Positions 10,198-19,339 of a stretch of 56,011 nucleotides of DNA are shown piece after piece. The position numbers and the translations under genes were made by a program. Within the stretch, counting starts at the first letter, position 1, and each line of letters starts with the position of its first letter. The notes below the pieces were generated by a model, which saw only the letters and a program-made list of their open reading frames with translations, did not search any database and was not told the DNA's origin. This DNA is from a virus (taxonomy: Duplodnaviria; Caudoviricetes): IMG/VR virus record IMGVR_UViG_3300045911_000087, positions 1 to 56,011 of that record, one strand, 5' to 3'.

Positions 10198-10761
10198 ATG
10201 AGTAAAGCGATTGACTTAACTGGCAAACGATTTGGCAATTTGGTGGTTTTGAATTTTTCTGAATCCAAATTCATCAATGGTAAAAAGAGGCGATTTTATA
10301 ATTGTAGGTGCAGTTGTGGAAATATGTGTGAAATACGTTCAGAATTTCTTACTAGAGGATTACAAAAGTCTTGTGGTTGCCTGAGAAAAAGAGTAGGATC
10401 AGAAAATCCAAAGTGGACTGGCTATGGTGAAATAAGTGGCGAACTTTGGTCTTGCATTCAGCTAAATGCCATTGGCAAAGGTGCTGGCTATAAAAGAAAA
10501 AAACCAATTGCTTTTTCTATATCAATAAGATATGCTTGGAGTTTGTTTTTAAAACAAAATCGCATTTGTCCTCTATCGGGCGTATCTCTTAGTTTTCGTC
10601 CAGAAAGAACTGCTTCTTTGGACAGGATTGATAGCAAAAAAGGATATGTTCGTGGCAATGTTCAGTGGATTCATAAAGATTTGAATATCATGAAACAAAG
10701 TTTTTCTCAGGATCATTTTGTTTTATGGTGCAAGAAAGTGGCTTCTTACCAAGAGGGCTGA
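10198..10761 (+). CDS. HNH-type homing endonuclease
   Basis: DLTGKRFGNLVV, CRCSCG, SCGC, SLDRIDSKKGY..GNVQWIH..LNIMK. Confidence 0.85.
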   Translation: MSKAIDLTGKRFGNLVVLNFSESKFINGKKRRFYNCRCSCGNMCEIRSEFLTRGLQKSCGCLRKRVGSENPKWTGYGEISGELWSCIQLNAIGKGAGYKRKKPIAFSISIRYAWSLFLKQNRICPLSGVSLSFRPERTASLDRIDSKKGYVRGNVQWIHKDLNIMKQSFSQDHFVLWCKKVASYQEG

Positions 10762-12399
10762 ATGTCTTCAAAATACATAATCGTTGCAGGCGGCGTCATT
10801 TCAGGCACAGGAAAAGGGGTTTCTGCTGCGAGTATTGGCCTTTTGTTGAAGTTTCGTGGGCACAAGGTCAGCTTGATTAAATTTGACCCCTATTTGAATA
10901 CAAATGCGGGCGTTTTGGCTCCCCGTGAACACGGCGAATGCTTCCTCTGTGATGACGGTACGGAAACCGATCTTGATCTGGGCCACTATGAGAGAATTGC
11001 TGGTATTTCCGTAAGTAAAAGCAATATTTGCACTTCCGGCACGCTTCATAAAGAACTTATTGATGAGCAAGAAAAGGGTAAATATCTCGGCCAAACAATT
11101 CAACTGATTCCTCACCTTACAGACAAAATTCAACAAAGGTTGTTGGATTTGGGCAAGGATCACGATGTTGTCATTGCCGAGGTTGGTGGCACTGTCGGAG
11201 ATGCCGAAAGTTTCGCTTTTTTTGAAGCTATTCGTCAATTTAAACAGAAGCATAAAAACGATGTAGTCGTCGCTATGGTGGCCCCAATTCTTTGGGTGAA
11301 TACTATCAAGGAATTTAAAACAAAGCCTCTACAAAACGCTGTGAAGTGCCTTCAAGGGCATGGTTTACAACTGGATGTGATTCTCTGCCGTGTAGATCGC
11401 CCCGTGCCAGAAAAGATTCTTCAAAAGGTTTCTAATTTGGCCAACGTGCCACGGGAATGCATATTTGACGCCCCAGATGTTTCCTCAATTTATGAGGTTC
11501 CTCTGGCCTTTTATGATCGGCATGTCGATGATTTGTTTGTAGATTTGTTCCATCTAAATCGCAGTGCCTGCCGCATTCATAAGTATCGTGAAGTGGTCGA
11601 AAAGTATGTCAACAATCACTTGGATGCCGTTCAAATCGGTATCTTTGGGAAATACGAGAATTGCGATGAGGCTTATATCTCTTTGAAAGAAGCCCTTATC
11701 CACGCTGGCATCGCCAATGATGTAAAAGTTGAAGTTAAGTGGATCAAGGCTGAGGATTTAGAGAAATATAAGGATAATCGTGGTGTGGGCAAGTTCTTTG
11801 AGGGCTTGCACGGCATTATCGTGCCGGGTGGGTTCGACAACCGTGGCACCGAAGGCAAGATTCGGGCCATCCAGTATGTCCGTGAAAAGAAAATTCCATT
11901 TTTGGGTATTTGCTTGGGCCTTCAATGTGCTGTTATTGAATATGCTCGCAATGTCTGCAAGCTGGATGGTGCAAATAGCATGGAATTTGATGCCGAAACT
12001 GCTTATCCGGTAATCCACTACATTCCCGGCCAAGAAAACCAAGAAAAGAAGTCGGGAACTATGCGTTTGGGAGCTTATGATTGCGAACTTGTCAAAGATT
12101 CCTTGGCCTACGAATTGTACGGGAATAAGCAAATCAGCGAACGTCACCGTCACAGATTTGAGGTAAATAATGAATATTTGACTACTTTAGAAGAGAATGG
12201 CCTGATGGTAAGCGGCAAAAACCCTGAAACTGGCCTCGTAGAGCTTATGGAGCTATCCAGAAATATTCATCCCTACTTTATTGGGACTCAGGCCCACCCT
12301 GAATTTAAGAGCCGTCTAACGAGTTCTGCTCCTTTATTTAAAGGATTGATTGCGGCTGCTATAAATAAAATGAAGCAAACGTCGCACGAAAATGGATAG
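10762..12399 (+). CDS. pyrG: CTP synthase
   Basis: GGVISGTGKG, KFDPYLN, ETDLDLGHYER, GICLG, ERHRHR, QAHPEF. Confidence 0.97.
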   Translation: MSSKYIIVAGGVISGTGKGVSAASIGLLLKFRGHKVSLIKFDPYLNTNAGVLAPREHGECFLCDDGTETDLDLGHYERIAGISVSKSNICTSGTLHKELIDEQEKGKYLGQTIQLIPHLTDKIQQRLLDLGKDHDVVIAEVGGTVGDAESFAFFEAIRQFKQKHKNDVVVAMVAPILWVNTIKEFKTKPLQNAVKCLQGHGLQLDVILCRVDRPVPEKILQKVSNLANVPRECIFDAPDVSSIYEVPLAFYDRHVDDLFVDLFHLNRSACRIHKYREVVEKYVNNHLDAVQIGIFGKYENCDEAYISLKEALIHAGIANDVKVEVKWIKAEDLEKYKDNRGVGKFFEGLHGIIVPGGFDNRGTEGKIRAIQYVREKKIPFLGICLGLQCAVIEYARNVCKLDGANSMEFDAETAYPVIHYIPGQENQEKKSGTMRLGAYDCELVKDSLAYELYGNKQISERHRHRFEVNNEYLTTLEENGLMVSGKNPETGLVELMELSRNIHPYFIGTQAHPEFKSRLTSSAPLFKGLIAAAINKMKQTSHENG

Positions 12400-12406
12400 A
12401 TACAAT

Positions 12407-12922
12407 ATGAATTTCAAGCAGTTTTTACTAAACGAAAATAAGGCTTATCTGGGCCAAAAAGTAGGAGATATTCTTACATCTCTGAAAGAAATCAATGCCG
12501 ATAGCAAAACTATGGGCAGTCGTGACCTTGTGCGTTTCTCTGAAAGAATTGCCAATCAAATCAGAAGAATTTTGCACAGCAACTGGTCGAAAGAAGAAAA
12601 GCAGTATCTCCTGAAACTGCAAAAGGTTGCGGTTGCGATTATGAAGGCAATAGACGAAAAAAACGACTTGCCGGGCATTATTGCCAGTTCTACCACTACG
12701 GTAGAGAAATTGGTTGCTGATTTAGGTGTGCCAATTCACAAATTTGCATCACCGGACAAAAAAGAAGATAATAAAGAGACGGCTACGGCACCACCGGAAA
12801 AGAATAAGCCGAAGCCGCCACAACAACCAATTGCTCCCGCCAATCCACCGGCCCCACCGCCGCTGGATATGAATGCCCCGCCTCTTGGTGGGAACAATAC
12901 GGGCCAACTGGCTAATATGTAA
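12407..12922 (+). CDS. Hypothetical protein with capsid-targeting-like N-terminus and Pro-rich tail
   Basis: MNFKQFLLNE start preceded by TAGATA-caat. Confidence 0.65.
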   Translation: MNFKQFLLNENKAYLGQKVGDILTSLKEINADSKTMGSRDLVRFSERIANQIRRILHSNWSKEEKQYLLKLQKVAVAIMKAIDEKNDLPGIIASSTTTVEKLVADLGVPIHKFASPDKKEDNKETATAPPEKNKPKPPQQPIAPANPPAPPPLDMNAPPLGGNNTGQLANM

Positions 12923-12931
12923 GGATGAGAA

Positions 12932-14131
12932 ATGTGTGGAATAGCAGGTTTTATTGGCGAATCAAAAAACGCCCATGTTACTTCTGAATTAACGACGAAA
13001 CTTTTTGCGAAGTGCGAAAGCCGAGGTACAGACGCAGCCGGATTTTGGGGTGCTGAATCGGGCCAGAAGGGTCGCATTTTCTATCACAAGGAACCAATAC
13101 GTTCCAGTCAGTTTGTCAAATCAAATGATATATGGCGACAAGCGACTCGCAGTCCCATCAATCTGATGTTGACTCACGCCCGTGGTGCATCTAAAGGCAT
13201 GGGCCATCCTCATGATAATATAAACAATCATCCGTTCGTAAGCACCGATATGTCTCTCGCTTTGATTCACAACGGGAGAGTAGAAGATTACGAATATAAC
13301 ACTTTGAAAGAAAAATATGAAGTAATTTCAAATTGCGACTCAGAAATCCTTCTGAGAATTTTAGAAGGTGGAGAGGACTATTCGCAAGCTGAAATTGCAG
13401 AACTAGGAGACTTAGAAAATCTGCATCGAATGGCCGGTATCAAAGATATTTATTCTTTGATAAATGACGGACATATGGCCGTGGCTGTGGGAGAAAGGCT
13501 TAAAGATGGGACTAGGCTATTGTGGTTGTTCCGCAATCGACATAGACCGCTCTGGATTTCCGATATGCGTGAAACTCTAGGCCAGATTTTCTTTGTCTCT
13601 GAACCTACGATCTGGGAAGACTCTGTATATGAAATGAAACCAAATAAGTTTTTCAAAAAGCAAAAACTTATTGAAATCCCAGAGGAAGAGGTTTGGTATA
13701 TCAAGATCAAACCAGACGAAAAAATACCATCTAATGTTCATCGCTTTCAAGTTTGCAAAGAATCTACAGACTTGGAATTCAATGCTAAGTATCGTCCGCT
13801 TAAAGTTAAAGAAAATGAGAACAAAATAGTGACTAGATTAGGCACCAAAGACAAAGTTACTCAACTTCAAGCTCAAGTACAAGCTGCCAAGAAATCTTTC
13901 TTTCACGATCAAAGTTTGGAAGGGCATGAAGATATTGAAGAATTTTCTATAAGAGACTTGGAATATAAGTGTAGGACTCTCAAGAGGATAATCGAAGGTA
14001 TTGAGACGACTACTACAAATCTGGTTCAACAACAGTCGATTACTCGACATGATTTTGACCAATTACTTTCTCTATTAGATCAGCAGAAAAATGATTTGCA
14101 GGCGATAGAGGATAATTTAGGATACACATAA
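12932..14131 (+). CDS. Class II (Ntn) glutamine amidotransferase-domain protein
   Basis: MCGIAG, RGTDAAG, HAR, NNHPF, IHNG, CDSE. Confidence 0.85.
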   Translation: MCGIAGFIGESKNAHVTSELTTKLFAKCESRGTDAAGFWGAESGQKGRIFYHKEPIRSSQFVKSNDIWRQATRSPINLMLTHARGASKGMGHPHDNINNHPFVSTDMSLALIHNGRVEDYEYNTLKEKYEVISNCDSEILLRILEGGEDYSQAEIAELGDLENLHRMAGIKDIYSLINDGHMAVAVGERLKDGTRLLWLFRNRHRPLWISDMRETLGQIFFVSEPTIWEDSVYEMKPNKFFKKQKLIEIPEEEVWYIKIKPDEKIPSNVHRFQVCKESTDLEFNAKYRPLKVKENENKIVTRLGTKDKVTQLQAQVQAAKKSFFHDQSLEGHEDIEEFSIRDLEYKCRTLKRIIEGIETTTTNLVQQQSITRHDFDQLLSLLDQQKNDLQAIEDNLGYT

Positions 14132-14132
14132 T

Positions 14133-14705
14133 ATGAGCGATAATTTTGACTATGAAGATGATGATCTAATTGTTGATGACATTATCAGTAATAAACAGAA
14201 ACGCAAAAGAAAAGCAGGTGGCAAGAAAAAGGGCAACCGGGTAGAACTGGAATTGTCCAAACTTCTTAATGCTCGCTTTAATTGTCAGGATTTCTCTCGT
14301 GCTGTTGGTTCTGGCAATCGCTGGGGGCAAGTTCAGCATCTCCCAAAACACGCCAGAGAAGTGTTTTCTGGCGATCTTATTGTCCCTAAAAATTTCAAAT
14401 TTTGCCTCGAATCTAAAGGTGGATATGATGGAATTGACCTAAATTCCATCTTCGTAAGAGGCAACAGCGAACTTGACAATTTTCTGGATCAAGTCACCAA
14501 AGACTCCAAAAGATGTGGTCGAAAGCCCCTTTTATGTTGGAAACGCACTCGTAAGCCGTGGTTAGGCTTTATTCACACAAAAGAATTGACCGGCAAAACC
14601 TTTAAATATAGATTATTGTACGGGAAATGGTCTGTTGTTGACCTTGAAAAGCTACTTGAACTAGAAGACGAATTTTTTCTGAATTCTACCGAAACACAAT
14701 CGTAA
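14133..14705 (+). CDS. Hjc-like Holliday junction resolvase (PD-(D/E)xK)
   Basis: KGNRVELEL, GSG, GDLIVP, LESK. Confidence 0.7.
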   Translation: MSDNFDYEDDDLIVDDIISNKQKRKRKAGGKKKGNRVELELSKLLNARFNCQDFSRAVGSGNRWGQVQHLPKHAREVFSGDLIVPKNFKFCLESKGGYDGIDLNSIFVRGNSELDNFLDQVTKDSKRCGRKPLLCWKRTRKPWLGFIHTKELTGKTFKYRLLYGKWSVVDLEKLLELEDEFFLNSTETQS

Positions 14706-14725
14706 AGTCTTGTCATATATAAAGT

Positions 14726-16798
14726 ATGCTAGACTTTTGGGAATTATATTACGACATAGAGCTTGAACGCCTCATAGCTGAAGGCGTCGAAGATCATCAG
14801 CCTGCCGATGGCCGTTGGGACCGCCCCCTTGCCGACTCAGATGGCAGTAACGTATATCGTTTTAATGTAGCTGGCGATAATTGCGGCTCTAGCACTCGCC
14901 CCTGCTATCAAGTTAATGTAAGCGGCAGTGCCAGCGACGGTGTAAGCATCTCTTTCTCTCGTGACGGGTCTTATTCTGACCAACATAAAGGTGTTGGTAT
15001 GGAAGTCTTCAAAGGCGTTTTGAAGGCTTTGAGCGAATATATCCTTGCCAAAAAGCCATCCAAACTTTATTGGAGTGCCGTTACCAAGTCTGTGCCGAAC
15101 CCTCGCAGCGGTCAAATTACGAATCCAGAAGCTCGTGCCCATGTTTATGAAGCATGGGCTTTAAGACACCTATTTCCAGATAAATATGTTGGGATGAGCG
15201 GCCAATGGCTTCGTAGAGACATTTACGATAGAGAATGGGTTCCCAATGGTTATCCGCCCGTTCCAGAAAATATAACTGAAAATTCTCCTCCCGGTGAGAA
15301 GCGTAAAGCCCTAGAAGAAATGCAGGAGAAGGCCCGGCAAAATAGACAGGAAATTGAACGTCGGGAGCGTGAGAGACAAGAAGCTGAATATCGTCGTCAA
15401 GAACAAGAACGTCAGGCTCGTGAAGCTGAAATCAGAAGACAACGTGAAGAAGCAGAGGCTCGTCGTCAAGAGTTTATGCGACAAGCTCTCGAAAACCCAG
15501 AAAAGAACCCAAATGGCATCCAAAAAGATGATGTTGTTTATATCCTTAATCCTACCCATGATGATTGGGGTATGGAAAATCGTCTTGGCCAAGTTATGGG
15601 CTTCCAATTCGGTTCTTACCGTTATGGTGGATCGGATGAATCTGAGCCAATTCACGCTATCGTACAATTCACAGACGACGAAGAAGATACTGGCGATAAT
15701 GGGTTTAATGGTCGTCGTGGGTATATTGCTTTAGACCGCTTGAAGAAAGAAAGTCCAGAAGGTCGAGCAGATCGTGAAAGACGCAAACAAGAAAGAGTAC
15801 AAGCTGCCCTAGCCAGTCCCGAAAAGAATCCGCATGGAATTCAACAGGGTGATGATATTATCAGTTGGATGCCCGATTCTATTGGAAGCAAACAAAATGG
15901 TTTGCGTGGCAAAGTCCGTGAAATAGAAGTGGACAGATGGAGCAATATTACTGCCAAAGTCGATTGGACCCCAGAAGCAGCAGAAGTGCTACGTTCAGAT
16001 CGTTACAGCAGCACAGATGTGAACAATCTTTCTTTTGGTGTTGCAAACCTTAGAAAAGCCACACCAGAAACTGTAGAAGAAATTCGTCGTAAAATACGAG
16101 AACACGAAATTGAGCAGCGTGTAACTTCTGGTCGTGAAAGATGGCAGTCTCGTACCCGCCATGCTGGAACGCAAGAAGAAGAGCCAGAAGATCAGTTGGC
16201 AACCCCACCAGCTACCCCGGAAGATGATTTGACTAATCACCCCGGCAATCCTTTACATTTGAAGGTTGGCGATCTTGTCAAACTGCGTAATCCGCCACGT
16301 TGGGGACGCCAATCTCGTAGAAGCCATTTCAATGGAACCTTGGTTCGTTTAGAGAAACCATATTGGGGGGACTCAACAAATCTCACAGGATATATCAAGT
16401 TCCACGGCAGCAACGCCCAACCATATCGTGTTTGGAATGTTGCAGATGAAATAGATCGAGATGAATCAGAAGAAACTCGTAACCTTATGGCTCAACAGCA
16501 AGTTCGTCAACAGCGTGCCCGCACTGCCGTGTCAAGTACGGGTGGTCATAACATTGGCGATACCGTTACTGTTGTGAATGGTCGTCACAGAGGCAAATCT
16601 GGACGTATTGTGAACTTCCGTAGAGCGGGTGCAAATATGAATGCTTTGATTGCCCCGTTAGATGGCGAAGATTTCTCTGTAAACATCAATATGTTGCAAC
16701 CGCCAGCAACGACTCAACCGCCTGCTGCGGAGAGTTTCAGTTTCAGAGATTACTTGATGTATTTTGAGAGTCGGATCAATAGAGGACTGGCAAGCTAA
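14726..16798 (+). CDS. Hypothetical protein with four SH3/KOW-like repeats and charged helices
   Basis: NPEKNPNGIQKDDVV, SPEKNPHGIQQGDDII, NHPGNPLHLKVGDLV, GHNIGDTVTVVNGRHRGKSGRIV. Confidence 0.6.
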   Translation: MLDFWELYYDIELERLIAEGVEDHQPADGRWDRPLADSDGSNVYRFNVAGDNCGSSTRPCYQVNVSGSASDGVSISFSRDGSYSDQHKGVGMEVFKGVLKALSEYILAKKPSKLYWSAVTKSVPNPRSGQITNPEARAHVYEAWALRHLFPDKYVGMSGQWLRRDIYDREWVPNGYPPVPENITENSPPGEKRKALEEMQEKARQNRQEIERRERERQEAEYRRQEQERQAREAEIRRQREEAEARRQEFMRQALENPEKNPNGIQKDDVVYILNPTHDDWGMENRLGQVMGFQFGSYRYGGSDESEPIHAIVQFTDDEEDTGDNGFNGRRGYIALDRLKKESPEGRADRERRKQERVQAALASPEKNPHGIQQGDDIISWMPDSIGSKQNGLRGKVREIEVDRWSNITAKVDWTPEAAEVLRSDRYSSTDVNNLSFGVANLRKATPETVEEIRRKIREHEIEQRVTSGRERWQSRTRHAGTQEEEPEDQLATPPATPEDDLTNHPGNPLHLKVGDLVKLRNPPRWGRQSRRSHFNGTLVRLEKPYWGDSTNLTGYIKFHGSNAQPYRVWNVADEIDRDESEETRNLMAQQQVRQQRARTAVSSTGGHNIGDTVTVVNGRHRGKSGRIVNFRRAGANMNALIAPLDGEDFSVNINMLQPPATTQPPAAESFSFRDYLMYFESRINRGLAS

Positions 16799-18365
16799 GT
16801 TTTTCGCCTGCTTGTTTGAAAGCCTTTCTTCGAGCGCCCGGACGGGAATCAAGTTCGCCAGACTTAATTCTTCTCTCAAAGCTGCTGACATATTCTTTAG
16901 CCTGAATAACCGCTGGGTCATTCGGGTCAAGGTCTGGATCGTCAGGCTGAATTACAAAACCAAAGTTTGTAGTTTTGAATTTCGCTTCGCCTTTTGCTCG
17001 CAACCCCGCAACAGTTCCCGGTTGGTCTAAGAAACGGTAATCGTGTTTGTCTGCATCCATTACAGGGAAGCCAGCCCATGTTCTTGGCAACGGACCCTCA
17101 GATTTTGGATTCTTCTCTACATTGAATACAGCAGCCACTGTTCCGCCTTGTTCGAGGAATTTTTTGGCTACATTTCTGTTGTCTTCAGCGAGACTGAAGG
17201 TTAAATGGTAATTCTTAGGCCATCCTGTTTTTCTTATAAATCTGGCCATTCTCGACGGGTCTTTTGTATAGTCATAGAAGGTCACGTTTGGGAATGTTTC
17301 TAACAATGTTTTTCCAGCTATAAAAGAAGCAACATCTCTGACTAATTCTTGGAATTTATTTGCATTGCTGCCAACTAATTGTTTTACAATTTGAGCGTAT
17401 TTGCCAATTATTCGTTTGGGCCAACTTGTCAAGATTGTATTTTGTAGTTCTTCTACATTAGAAGAAAATCTATACTCATCGCTTTCCCAATAAACATCAC
17501 TTGTGGCGTTTAATCGAACTACTGGTTGATGGCCCTTTTCTTGAGAAGCTGCCACAAGTTTGAATAAATCCAGTAGAACTTTTGACATAAACCCTTGAGA
17601 GTTTTTAACAAACTCTTGTGTTTTATTTCTTCTTCCTTGCAATTTTGTTGTTGCTAATGCTGGATTTCCTGCTGTGTGCAAACAGGCACTTGCACAACCA
17701 CCGACTAATTCCGTTTTTACTATTTGGTTTCTATTTATTTCAATTGTTTGACCACTGTTCCAATCTTGTAGATTGGCCCCCGGAAGTCTTAATCTCAATC
17801 GCAAAGGGCAAGATTGTTGTTGATCTTTTGGTAATAAAGTATCACTCAATGAACCATGTGTTTGCATGGATTGTTGAGTTCTAGGTCTTAATTCAAAACC
17901 ATAAAATGTGTGAATATCACCATTTTGCTCATATCCGGGGCTACTTGCCACTAACTGTAAAGTTTGTGGATCGAATCCTTTTGCAGATATGTGATATATG
18001 GCCGTAGCAAACGGGCACATTTGACTGCCTGAACCCATATAAGGTTCTAGGTGAAGAACCGCACCCAAATATGTTTGTTGGGTTTCGGGATGTTTGGCTG
18101 TTTTTGGATTAGTTTCGCCGTCACCAAGAGTAGAAAATTTGGGGTACTTTTCTCGTTTCTCTTTCTTTTCTTGTTTTCTTTCTTTACGGAAAGTATACCA
18201 GTCGGCGTTTCGATCTGGCTGGCCCAATGGCCAAGCAGTCTCTATTAAATGCAAAGGCATCAAATTGCCTACATTCGTTGATATTGCCCAATCAACGTCT
18301 GTGGCAATTTGATGCTCTAGGCGATCTAGTAGCTCTATTTCTTGGAAAAATTCTTTGAACAACAT
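16776..18365 (-). CDS. GP88-family protein (radical-SAM-like) with insertions
   Basis: CPFA, GCASACL..AG, VRLNATSD, FYDYTK, NYHLTFS, DADKHDYRFLD, GLRAKG. Confidence 0.75.
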   Translation of the reverse strand: MLFKEFFQEIELLDRLEHQIATDVDWAISTNVGNLMPLHLIETAWPLGQPDRNADWYTFRKERKQEKKEKREKYPKFSTLGDGETNPKTAKHPETQQTYLGAVLHLEPYMGSGSQMCPFATAIYHISAKGFDPQTLQLVASSPGYEQNGDIHTFYGFELRPRTQQSMQTHGSLSDTLLPKDQQQSCPLRLRLRLPGANLQDWNSGQTIEINRNQIVKTELVGGCASACLHTAGNPALATTKLQGRRNKTQEFVKNSQGFMSKVLLDLFKLVAASQEKGHQPVVRLNATSDVYWESDEYRFSSNVEELQNTILTSWPKRIIGKYAQIVKQLVGSNANKFQELVRDVASFIAGKTLLETFPNVTFYDYTKDPSRMARFIRKTGWPKNYHLTFSLAEDNRNVAKKFLEQGGTVAAVFNVEKNPKSEGPLPRTWAGFPVMDADKHDYRFLDQPGTVAGLRAKGEAKFKTTNFGFVIQPDDPDLDPNDPAVIQAKEYVSSFERRIKSGELDSRPGARRKAFKQAGEKLSLPVLY

Positions 18366-18377
18366 ATTTTATTTATG

Positions 18378-18470
18378 TCATTCAATCAACTTTTTTCCAT
18401 CCCATTTCAAAATTTCCCCCTCGGCCTGCCGAATAGAGGTAATTTTCTTGCCTTCAATGTAGGCTTTTAC
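18378..18470 (-). pseudogene. Probable 3' part of the small gene interrupted by IS element 1
   Basis: Orphan coding tail KAYIEGKKITSIRQAEGEILKWDGKKLIE* abutting the IS left end. Confidence 0.4.
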
Positions 18471-18694
18471 GTGGTTTGCGGCGAGAAAGCCCCTACTTTC
18501 CGAAGGAAAGTTTGGTCGCAAAGCGAGCGACCGTAGGGAGCGAGACTGCGACCAAACCTCTTTAGGGTAGTGGGATGAATCGCCGCCATAGGACTAATTC
18601 AGGACAAAATAGGACTGCTGCTAATTCCAATTTGGCTGAAGCTGGACAAATATCACACCCCAAAAATCAGATAACAACGCCACTAAAGCGGCTA

Positions 18695-19108
18695 TCAGCC
18701 CTGTTCTTCGATGTACTTCTTGATTGTCTCTGTGGATACATCGCCAGTTGAACAAGCAAAATATCCATCTGACCAGAACGTATGTTATTTCCAGAAGTGC
18801 CTCGACAAGAATACGGGAAACCTCTGCCAGATGCGGCTCGTGGACATACTTTTCAGCCGATTCACGATACTACTCACCGAGATGTTCGGCGGGTAATCCA
18901 CAAGCAGGTGGACATGGTTGCTATCTTCTGACTCCATGACTTCGATTTTGAAGTCCGACTCGTTGGATATGTCAAAGAGAATTTGTTTCATGTCATCGTT
19001 GACCTTGTTCACCAGTATCTTCTTCCGATACTTGGTCACAAAGATGACGTGGCATTTCAAGAGGAACTTGCAGTGCGAATTGCTTTTGTACTTCTTTTTC
19101 TTTTTCAT
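18695..19108 (-). pseudogene. tnpA: IS200-type Y1 transposase with in-frame nonsense codon
   Basis: HVH motif; TAA at 18785-18787 (GAA in copy 2); the frame continues HTFWSDGYF...KYIEEQG. Confidence 0.9.
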
Positions 19109-19156
19109 CGAATTTTTCTCGTTGAAAAATAACGGCAAGAACACTATATTATAGTG

Positions 19157-19339
19157 ATGGCAAAAAGTAAAGAGAAAACCGAGCGGCAAGTGATCTTCAT
19201 GGTACAGCCGTCTTTATATGACCAATTCTCCGAAGCGTGCGAGGAGAACTACAAGAAAGTCTCGGAAACCCTTCGTGACCTGATGCTGGAATACGTCAAG
19301 AAACAGGAGAGCAAGAATGAACGAACAGACAATGCCTAA
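19157..19339 (+). CDS. Ribbon-helix-helix-like small protein (IS passenger)
   Basis: RQVIFMV strand then SLYDQFSEACEE and KVSETLRDLMLEYV helices; TTGAAA-17-TATATT upstream. Confidence 0.55.
   Translation: MAKSKEKTERQVIFMVQPSLYDQFSEACEENYKKVSETLRDLMLEYVKKQESKNERTDNA

Noticed and set aside
7901-12399. Inteins or introns in nrdJ or pyrG
   Set aside because: Both are continuous and of normal length with no splice motifs; the HNH between them is free-standing.
18785-18787. Stop-codon reassignment explaining the in-frame stop in tnpA
   Set aside because: TAA, TAG and TGA all end conserved genes normally here; this is a single nonsense change.
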